Of a DNA stretch of 64,000 bases, positions 56,530 to 64,000 are shown piece after piece. The notes below the pieces were generated by a model, which worked only from the letters and a program-made list of their open reading frames with translations, had not been told where the DNA came from and searched no databases. The DNA is taken from assembly GCA_034439715.1 (NCBI GenBank), contig JAWXAY010000043.1:1-64000 (forward strand), given 5' to 3'. Origin of the DNA: Pseudomonadota bacterium (GTDB lineage: Bacteria > Bdellovibrionota > Bdellovibrionia > Bdellovibrionales > SG-bin7). The position numbers and the translations under genes are program-made. The stretch's first letter is position 1; the number at the start of each line of letters is the position of its first letter.

Positions 56530-58344
56530 ATGCAACAATCCTGGGCCCCCACAGATCCTGAAGTTAAAAAAACCAATCTCTGGCGCGCAATGCAAATCAA
56601 AGAAATCAACTCTTACGACGATTTTTATAAATGGTCTTGCAAAAATCGTGAAGAATTTTGGGCGCTGACCATCAAGCAATTAAAGATAAAATTTAACACA
56701 CCTCCCAACAAAATCTTAGACATCAGCAAAGGTCCCGCACAACCGAATTGGTTAAAAGGGGCCCTATATAATATTGCCGAAAGTTGTCTAAAGAAAGATC
56801 CCAAGGCTGTCGCTATAGTCCATCAAAGAGAGGGCGGTGAAATTAAAAAAATGACTTATGGCGAACTCGATATTCTTAGCAATCAAATTGCCAATGGGCT
56901 TATTGAGAATGGATTTAAAAAAGGTGATGCCATTGCTATTGACATGTTGATGAATGTTGAAAGTGTTGCCATTTATTTAGGAATCATCAAGTCCGGAATG
57001 ATTGTAGTTTCAATCGCAGATAGTTTTGCGGCCACGGAAATCGCGAGCCGTCTTAAAATAGCTGGCGCCAAAGGAGTTTTTACTCAGGATACAATTAGGC
57101 GGGGAGGTAAAGAGCTTCCGATGTATGAAAAGGTTATACAAGCGGGTGCGCCAAAAACAGTTGTTCTTGCTCAAGCTAAAATCAATTTGCGAAAAGGTGA
57201 TTTGTTGTTTGAAAACTTCTTAAGTTCCAATAAGAAATTCGAGACCATAGCTTGTGCGCCTTATGACACAATAAATATTTTGTTTTCATCGGGTACGAGC
57301 GGTGAGCCTAAAGCTATTCCCTGGACACACCTAACCCCTATTAAGTCAGCGATGGATGGACACTTTCATCATGATATTCAAGCTCACGATATCGTCGCCT
57401 GGCCGACTAACTTAGGCTGGATGATGGGACCGTGGTTGGTGTTTGCGAGCTTCATTAATGATGCCACAATCGCTCTGTATGACGGGTTACCCACGCAAAA
57501 AGAGTTTGGTGAATTCGTACAAAATGCCCAGGTGAGCGTTTTAGGTATTGTACCAAGCATTGTTAAATCCTGGCGAAATTCTAAGTGCATGGAAAACCTC
57601 AATTGGTCCACACTCAAAGCTTTTAGTTCGACAGGCGAATGCTCTAATGTCGAGGACTATGAATATTTAATGTCTCTCGCGAAAAACAAGCCGGTCGTAG
57701 AGTATTGTGGGGGCACAGAAATCGGCGGTGGCTACTTGACCCAGACATTTTTGCAAAAGGCTTATCCTTCAACCTTTTCTACGCCTAGCTTGGGTCTTGA
57801 GATTTTAATTTTAGATGAACATGGCCAGCCTGCTCAAGAGGGAGAATTATTTCTAATTCCTCCCTCGATTGGTTTATCTCAAACCCTTATCAATAAAAAT
57901 CACGACGAGATTTATTATCAAGATTGTCCCAAGGGTCCGAATGGTGAAATCCTGCGACGCCACGGCGATGAAGCTCAGTTATTAGAAAATAATTACTACA
58001 GAGCACTCGGCCGGGCCGACGACACTATGAATTTAGGCGGTATCAAAGTGAGCAGCGTTGAAATTGAGAGGACGCTAAATCAAAACCCAAACGTTTTAGA
58101 AACCGCCGCTATCGCCATAAATCCTAAAGGTGGTGGGCCCAGTGTGCTTGTTGTTTTTTTGGTAAAGAAGGAGGGGCCCATAGACAATGAGAGTTTCAAA
58201 AAAAACCTACAAAATGAACTCAGTAAAAAATTAAATCCCTTGTTTAAAATTCACGATCTCGTGATGGTTGATAAACTTCCGCGCACGGCCTCAAATAAAG
58301 TCATGCGCCGAGTTTTACGGGCAGAGTACCAATCACTTCTATAA
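56530..58344 (+). CDS. AMP-dependent acyl-CoA synthetase (acetate/acetoacetate-CoA ligase-like)
   Basis: FSSGTSGEPK, YCGGTEIGG, GRADD, LPRTASNKVMRR. Confidence 0.9.
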   Translation: MQQSWAPTDPEVKKTNLWRAMQIKEINSYDDFYKWSCKNREEFWALTIKQLKIKFNTPPNKILDISKGPAQPNWLKGALYNIAESCLKKDPKAVAIVHQREGGEIKKMTYGELDILSNQIANGLIENGFKKGDAIAIDMLMNVESVAIYLGIIKSGMIVVSIADSFAATEIASRLKIAGAKGVFTQDTIRRGGKELPMYEKVIQAGAPKTVVLAQAKINLRKGDLLFENFLSSNKKFETIACAPYDTINILFSSGTSGEPKAIPWTHLTPIKSAMDGHFHHDIQAHDIVAWPTNLGWMMGPWLVFASFINDATIALYDGLPTQKEFGEFVQNAQVSVLGIVPSIVKSWRNSKCMENLNWSTLKAFSSTGECSNVEDYEYLMSLAKNKPVVEYCGGTEIGGGYLTQTFLQKAYPSTFSTPSLGLEILILDEHGQPAQEGELFLIPPSIGLSQTLINKNHDEIYYQDCPKGPNGEILRRHGDEAQLLENNYYRALGRADDTMNLGGIKVSSVEIERTLNQNPNVLETAAIAINPKGGGPSVLVVFLVKKEGPIDNESFKKNLQNELSKKLNPLFKIHDLVMVDKLPRTASNKVMRRVLRAEYQSLL

Positions 58345-58364
58345 CTTTGACAGACTTTAAGAGT

Positions 58365-58775
58365 CTAAATTGGCTTGGATCTTGAGTTAGGCGAAAGAAT
58401 AATATCGTCGCACTTGCCTGTGGCTCCAATATCAGAATATTCTATTTCGGGGTCCAAAGTATAAGTGGTCTCATTACCGCGTGTTGAATACGGTACATCT
58501 TTTCCTCTAAGGTACAAAAAGGGAAAGGCCTCTTCACCCCTGTCTTTGAATAGGCGAGTAGCCGTTTCCATGTCTGCCATCTTGTCACCATCTTCATCAT
58601 AGCTACGAAAGATTACGGCCAAATTCTGTTCTTTTCCGTCTGTATCCGTAAACCAACTAGTGGCAAAACTACGAATCATTTCCCCTTTAGGTTTAAAAGC
58701 ATCGCAGGCAAAAGAATTGAAGGAATGCAGAGTAAATGCCAAAAAAGAAGCTAATGAAATGATAGAGATTTTCAT
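58365..58775 (-). CDS. Small secreted hypothetical protein
   Basis: Signal MKISIISLASFLAFTLHSFNSFA; DEDGDKMAD acidic loop; start reassigned from 58799. Confidence 0.6.
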   Translation of the reverse strand: MKISIISLASFLAFTLHSFNSFACDAFKPKGEMIRSFATSWFTDTDGKEQNLAVIFRSYDEDGDKMADMETATRLFKDRGEEAFPFLYLRGKDVPYSTRGNETTYTLDPEIEYSDIGATGKCDDIILSPNSRSKPI

Positions 58776-58920
58776 AAAAAATGGCCCCCCAGACACCAAT
58801 TGATACTATATGCTTAATATATTGGCAATTAAATGTTGATCCATTTACCTTTTTGCACTCTTTAAGATTTTGACTAGCCGGTTAAGGTTGGCGATCATTA
58901 TCTCCTGTGGAGATCTCATC

Positions 58921-60441
58921 ATGATGTGGCTACTTTGGGTTGTTTTATTAAAGGGGCTTGAGGCGCCTGCTGCTAAAATTTACCCCCCGTTCGCCGAAGA
59001 TGCTAAAAAGTTCATTGCCTCGCTCCCCTCGAAATCAGTGACCATAGACTTAGTCGTGGGATTAGCTCTAAAGAACAGTGACAAATTCCAACAAATAAGA
59101 GCTCTTGCGCCGACGACTGAGATTCCTGAACTCAATAGCAAGATTCCGTTGGAATTTACCACTGAAGCCAGTTTTGCCTATACGCTAAATCGTAATGAAC
59201 CTGACTCTGCGTTTGCGGCCACGAGGAGCGAACTCCACCAAGGTGTACTCGGGTTTTCAAAGTATTTTGCTTCAGGCACTGGCGTGGAAATGAGGGTCAC
59301 CCATGGGCATGCTTTAAAGGAACTATCAATTTTAGGTAATGTCGCCTTGGATGACAATCGCACCTCTTACGCTGAGCTCTCCCTGAGTCAGAATTTGTGG
59401 CGAGATGCCTTTGGTTATGCCACCAGGCGAAGTTTGAGGCGAGGTAAAATAGAAAGCGAATCGAGGCGACTCGAGATAGAGCAGTATGTAGAAGAGTGGC
59501 ATTTGGCTATAGTACAAACTTATTATCGAGCTTGGTCGGCACAAGCCGACGTGCGTGCTGCGGAATCAGGACTTAAGCGACGTGAAAAACTTTTGGATAC
59601 TACTCGTCGTAAAGTCACCAGCGGGACGGCCGAGCGACCCGATTTTTTTCAAGTTAAAAGTGCGTTTGTTGGCTCGAAGATTCGTTTGCAAAATTCCCGA
59701 GAAATATTGGATGCGATTTGGCGGGACTTAGTCGTGACATTGAAGTTTCCCAAGCACTGGATGAACTCAGACCCGCTGCTGGTACCTGTGGCGTTGGACA
59801 ATCCCATGGCTCCAGCGCTTCAGCTGTGTCAGCAAAACGTTAAGCCGAGCTCACAGAATAGCACTAGCGTCCGGCGCTCTGAACTAGACAAGAATGCTGC
59901 TGAACTTAATTTCGAGTCGGCGAAAAATCAGGTTTCTCCGCAGCTGCAATTAAATTTAATAATGGGCTCTAATGGTGTTGATTCTATAGACGCCGGAGAA
60001 AGTTTAAATGAGGCGTTCAGTGGCACTCATCCCAATTATACGGCAATGTTGGCGTTAAAAGTTCCGTGGGATAATTACCAAGCAAAGGCACAGGCCCTTC
60101 AGGCATTTTCGCAAAAAGGGACTAATGAAGCCAAATACAAGGACAGCATTTCTAGATTCGAAATTGATTGGATGAACCAGTGTGAACAGTTAAGGCACTG
60201 GCAAGAGAAAGTGACTGAACTTCGTGACGTAATGAATGACCAAAGATCGCGTCTGGTTTTGGAAGAAAGCCGCTTTCGTGTGGGTCGGGTGCCCCTGATA
60301 AATCTCATTCAAGCAGGTGACGATCAAACCGATGCTGAAGTTAATTTGGCGAGAGCAGAAGTAGAATATCGGTTAACGTCTTGGCGAATTCGCCATTTAT
60401 CGGGACTTCTAAAATCTTATTTGGATCAGTTGGGGAAATGA
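58921..60441 (+). CDS. TolC family outer-membrane efflux protein
   Basis: GGAG RBS before ATG 58921; LSLSQNLW, EESRFRVG; adjacent to the RND gene. Confidence 0.85.
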   Translation: MMWLLWVVLLKGLEAPAAKIYPPFAEDAKKFIASLPSKSVTIDLVVGLALKNSDKFQQIRALAPTTEIPELNSKIPLEFTTEASFAYTLNRNEPDSAFAATRSELHQGVLGFSKYFASGTGVEMRVTHGHALKELSILGNVALDDNRTSYAELSLSQNLWRDAFGYATRRSLRRGKIESESRRLEIEQYVEEWHLAIVQTYYRAWSAQADVRAAESGLKRREKLLDTTRRKVTSGTAERPDFFQVKSAFVGSKIRLQNSREILDAIWRDLVVTLKFPKHWMNSDPLLVPVALDNPMAPALQLCQQNVKPSSQNSTSVRRSELDKNAAELNFESAKNQVSPQLQLNLIMGSNGVDSIDAGESLNEAFSGTHPNYTAMLALKVPWDNYQAKAQALQAFSQKGTNEAKYKDSISRFEIDWMNQCEQLRHWQEKVTELRDVMNDQRSRLVLEESRFRVGRVPLINLIQAGDDQTDAEVNLARAEVEYRLTSWRIRHLSGLLKSYLDQLGK

Positions 60442-60442
60442 A

Positions 60443-63400
60443 GTGTTAAAAAGACTGATACGATTTTTTATAGACAACTCGACTCTGGCAAATCTGTTAA
60501 CGGTTGCCATCATAATTGTTGGGAGTATTTCAATTGTTAATATTCGTCGCGAAGTTTTTCCGAATATCAGTTTTGATATCATCTCTGTCACGACGCCTTT
60601 TCCGGGAGCTTCTCCGGCCGAAGTTGAAAAACTAGTTACTAATCCCATGGAGCAGGATCTCAACGAAGTTGACGGAATCAAGAGAATTTTGTCGTCTTCG
60701 ATTGAAAATTTCAGTGGTATTACTATTTATCTTGACCCGGATCAGACAACAGCCGACCAGGGCAAAGATGACGTTAAAAACGTGGTCGATAAGTTTAATG
60801 ATCTCCCCTCTGGGGCTGAAGAGCCACTCGTCATTAAGATTGAAAGTAAGTCACAACCCATAATCGAAGTTGCCATTTCTGCTGACGTTCCAGATCTTCG
60901 TCTTCGAGATATTGCCAAAATAATGGAAGCCGAGCTAGAGAGAACCCCTGGTGTGGCAAAAGTGGTCACACAAGGTTTGCGCGAGGTTGAAATCAGAGTA
61001 GAAGCTGACAAAAATGCCTTAAATCGCTATCATGTCTCATTAGAAGATCTTATCAATGCGCTTAAGCGCCAAAATGTTTCAGTGCCTGGTGGTCGCATAG
61101 AAACGCCAAACGATGGCCTCCAGAAAATTGTGAGAACAGTCGGTGACTTTAAAACTCTAGACGATGTTAAAAATACAATTGTGCGCGCTAACGACCTTGG
61201 CCAGTCAGTGCGAGTGAGTGATGTAGCTAAGGTCGACTATGCCCTTGAGGAAGCGACTGTGGTAACTCGGGTTAATGGTCGCCCCTCTTTAAGTCTGACT
61301 ATTCTCAAGAAAGAAAAAGCCGATGCCATAGATCTAGTTGATAACGTCAAAGCTAAAGTAAAGAGTCTTAAGAAATCTATCGAACCAACACTAGTCGTTG
61401 AATACGTCAATGACTTTTCAGTCTTCATTCGTAACCGGCTTAATATTGTTACTTACAACTTATTGTTTGGTTTGGGTTTGGTACTGCTACTTTTACCTTT
61501 TTTACTCCCATTTCGTTTTGCCTTTATTGTAGCTCTAGGAGAGCCTTTTGCCTTTTTGGGTGCCATTATTCTCCTTCATTTTACTGGCAACAGCATTAAT
61601 TTAATTTCGATGATCGGACTTATTATTGTGTCGGGGATTTTGGTTGATGACTCGATTGTGGTGTCAGAAAACGCAGTTCGATTGCTCGAAAAGGGACACG
61701 ATCCCCGAACGGCAGCTCTTAAAGGTACAATGCAAATTTTCGGACCGTTGACAGGCTCGGCCCTGTCTATCGCTATTGTTTTTGCAGCAATGGCATTTGT
61801 GAGCGGCATTTTTGGAAAGTTTATAATGCAGATTCCAATTGCTGTGATAGCTTGTTTAGTAGTCAGTCTTTTTGAATGTTATTTTATTTTACCTTCACAT
61901 ATTGCACATTGGGTTAAGGTTAAAGAAAATAAGGCGGCAGGTCTCATTGAAAATAAAAATATTTTTGTGCGTGTATCCGAAAGATCTTCCAACTATTGGG
62001 AAAAAGTTATTGTACCCGCCTATTCAAAAATTCTCAGTGCGTTTATCAGGAGTCGCTACGTGGTGGCCCTCGGTGCTCTATTGTTTATCGTGGTTACGGC
62101 CTTTGGCGCCAAATATTTTTTGAAATTTGATTTATTTCCGGCTGAAGGAGTAGAGATTTTTATCATTAGGTCCGAAGTCCCCACCGGTTTGCCGCTAGAG
62201 AAACATGTTGAATATTTATCGAAGGTAGAAGACGAGGTAAAAAAGCTAGGTAAAAAAGAACTCATCAATTTTGCAACTAAAGTAGGTGTTCAACAGCAGG
62301 ATGCCAATGATCCCAACACGCGGCGAGGAAGTGAGTTTGGACAAATAATGGTGTTTTTGACACCCGAAAATAAGCGTGAGCGTATTGCCTCGGAAATAAT
62401 TGAGGACTTGCGAAAAAAAATTGGTGTACCTGCCGAATTTAAAAGTTTGACCTTTAATCGTATGCAAACCGGTCCTCCTGCCGGTAGACCCGTTGATATA
62501 GGTGTGCGAGGTAAAGAGTATGAACATATTTTGCCAGCAGTTCTATATCTAAAAGAAAAGCTGTCTGAGGTTGAAGGCGTCTCTGATATTCTTGATACTT
62601 ATTTGTTGGGCAAATCAGAACTACAGGTCATCCCGGAACCGGTCAAAGCGGCAAGTGCCGGGTTAAGCGCTGCTTCGATTGGCTACAGTGTCGGCGCTGC
62701 CTTTGAAGGAATTATCGCAACAAAAATTCGCGGACTTGATGAAGAACAGGCGGTGAGAGTGACATTGTCTGAAGAGCAAAAAAATAGGATGGGATCTCTT
62801 GGTGACCTACGTATTCCCAATCCCTCAGGTTTTCTTGTGCCTTTAGCCCAAGTGGCAAGGATTACCGAGGGCCAAAGTCTTTTATCCTATGATCATGAGG
62901 ATCATCAGAGACAAGTAAGAGTGACAGCGGAGCTCGATGACAAAAAAGTCAGATCAGACGAAGTGAATTCCAGGATGAAAAAGTTTTTACCTGAGATGAA
63001 AAAGAAATTTCCGCAAGTCACCTTTGCTTTTGGAGGCCTCGACAAAGATACAATCGAAAGCCTTGTCTCTTTGCGAAATGCTTTTTTATTGGCAATAATG
63101 GGAGTGTTCCTGATTTTAGTCACTGTCTTCAGGAATCTCTCTCAACCGCTGGTAATATTGATGACTGTTCCTATGGGAATTATTGCGGTCATTTGGGCTT
63201 TTATTTTTCATGGATTACCACTCAGCTTTATGGGCATGTTGGGAATCATTGCGCTAACAGGTGTGATCGTTAATAACGCCATTGTTCTAATTGATTTTAT
63301 AAACCAAGAAGTGGCCAGCGGGAAATCAGTAAAGGATAGCATTCTCGAAGGTTCTAGAGTTCGAGCGCGTCCCATTTTTTTAACAACCGTGACCACAGTT

Positions 63401-63592
63401 GTGGGCTTGTTGCCCACTGCCTATGGACTTGGCGGGCTTGACAAGTTCGTTGTGCCAATTGCCATGGCGCTTGGCTGGGGCCTATCATTTGGCGCCATCC
63501 TCAATGCTTTTTTCTTTCCAGTTATTTTAGCGATTCTTGACGATGCTCAGATATTTCTCGCCAGAGTTTTTTCTAGAAAAAGAAGCGCTTAG
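60443..63592 (+). CDS. RND efflux permease (AcrB/CusA superfamily)
   Basis: PGASPAEVE, GILVDDSIVVSEN, GVIVNNAIVL, RARPIFLTTVTT. Confidence 0.95.
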   Translation: MLKRLIRFFIDNSTLANLLTVAIIIVGSISIVNIRREVFPNISFDIISVTTPFPGASPAEVEKLVTNPMEQDLNEVDGIKRILSSSIENFSGITIYLDPDQTTADQGKDDVKNVVDKFNDLPSGAEEPLVIKIESKSQPIIEVAISADVPDLRLRDIAKIMEAELERTPGVAKVVTQGLREVEIRVEADKNALNRYHVSLEDLINALKRQNVSVPGGRIETPNDGLQKIVRTVGDFKTLDDVKNTIVRANDLGQSVRVSDVAKVDYALEEATVVTRVNGRPSLSLTILKKEKADAIDLVDNVKAKVKSLKKSIEPTLVVEYVNDFSVFIRNRLNIVTYNLLFGLGLVLLLLPFLLPFRFAFIVALGEPFAFLGAIILLHFTGNSINLISMIGLIIVSGILVDDSIVVSENAVRLLEKGHDPRTAALKGTMQIFGPLTGSALSIAIVFAAMAFVSGIFGKFIMQIPIAVIACLVVSLFECYFILPSHIAHWVKVKENKAAGLIENKNIFVRVSERSSNYWEKVIVPAYSKILSAFIRSRYVVALGALLFIVVTAFGAKYFLKFDLFPAEGVEIFIIRSEVPTGLPLEKHVEYLSKVEDEVKKLGKKELINFATKVGVQQQDANDPNTRRGSEFGQIMVFLTPENKRERIASEIIEDLRKKIGVPAEFKSLTFNRMQTGPPAGRPVDIGVRGKEYEHILPAVLYLKEKLSEVEGVSDILDTYLLGKSELQVIPEPVKAASAGLSAASIGYSVGAAFEGIIATKIRGLDEEQAVRVTLSEEQKNRMGSLGDLRIPNPSGFLVPLAQVARITEGQSLLSYDHEDHQRQVRVTAELDDKKVRSDEVNSRMKKFLPEMKKKFPQVTFAFGGLDKDTIESLVSLRNAFLLAIMGVFLILVTVFRNLSQPLVILMTVPMGIIAVIWAFIFHGLPLSFMGMLGIIALTGVIVNNAIVLIDFINQEVASGKSVKDSILEGSRVRARPIFLTTVTTVVGLLPTAYGLGGLDKFVVPIAMALGWGLSFGAILNAFFFPVILAILDDAQIFLARVFSRKRSA

Positions 63593-64000
63593 TGCCTCTC
63601 AATAACCATAGCAACGGCCTCGCCGCCACCAAGACAAACTGTAGCGAGCCCATAACGCTCACCCGTGCGTTGCAGCCCATGTACTAGGGTCGTTAAAATT
63701 CGCGCCCCGCTGCAGCCAATCGGGTGACCAATTGCAACGGCGCCGCCAAAGGGATTCACCAGTTTGCGACTCAGACCTAATTCCTTGATCGTGATTATTG
63801 CAACTGCGGCGAAAGCTTCATTGATTTCCCAATGTGCTATATCAGAAACCTTCATATTTAGTTGATCCAATAATTTCTTAACGGCTCCTATTGGGGCTGT
63901 GGTGAACCATTTTGGGTCTTGAGCGAAGGTGGCGTAGCCTTTTATTTTCGCCAGAGGGACGATTCCTAAACTTTTGGCCTTAGCGCCTTCCATAATTACA
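63589..64000 (-). CDS. Thiolase (acetyl-CoA C-acyltransferase), 3' part only
   Basis: EINEAFA, GHPIGCSGAR, CLGGG; the frame runs off the window end. Confidence 0.93.
   Translation of the reverse strand, partial: VIMEGAKAKSLGIVPLAKIKGYATFAQDPKWFTTAPIGAVKKLLDQLNMKVSDIAHWEINEAFAAVAIITIKELGLSRKLVNPFGGAVAIGHPIGCSGARILTTLVHGLQRTGERYGLATVCLGGGEAVAMVIERH

Noticed and set aside
1..64000. CRISPR arrays, tRNA/rRNA genes, IS elements, integrases, prophage genes
   Set aside because: No spaced nucleotide repeats, RNA gene signatures or transposase/integrase/phage motifs recognised; intergenic gaps are short

Overview
Gene-dense bacterial chromosomal window. Its gene content (FQNC-type lipoprotein signal, GYF_2, CHASE2 cyclase, many orphan secreted proteins, sigma28-like promoters) suggests Bdellovibrionota/Oligoflexia; this is inference only. 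Housekeeping blocks are a divergent arginine cluster (argH argG <> argC argJ argB argF argR) with ARG boxes, trhO, ffh ... rpsP khpA rimM trmD SPOUT rplS rnhB yraN, lptD, pyk, TerC, TolC+RND and a partial thiolase. Two accessory loci stand out. (1) 785-6188: a translationally coupled terpenoid operon with two paralogous class I isoprenoid-synthase-fold genes, a squalene-hopene-cyclase-like enzyme with altered active-site aromatics and an MFS transporter. All three enzymes begin with Sec-type signal peptides, pointing to extracytoplasmic terpenoid chemistry. (2) 21676-23657: three secreted proteins lying with pstS between ffh and rpsP, together carrying six copies of an amphipathic helix + Gly-rich beta-hairpin module (Trypco/Pepco-like), a candidate multi-subunit beta-barrel or pore. 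Also seen: a diheme cytochrome-porin fusion facing a cytochrome lipoprotein, and several sigma28-like promoters placed 6-8 nt before start codons. No rRNA, tRNA, CRISPR array or transposase was recognised. All calls were made by eye from motifs; no searches were run.
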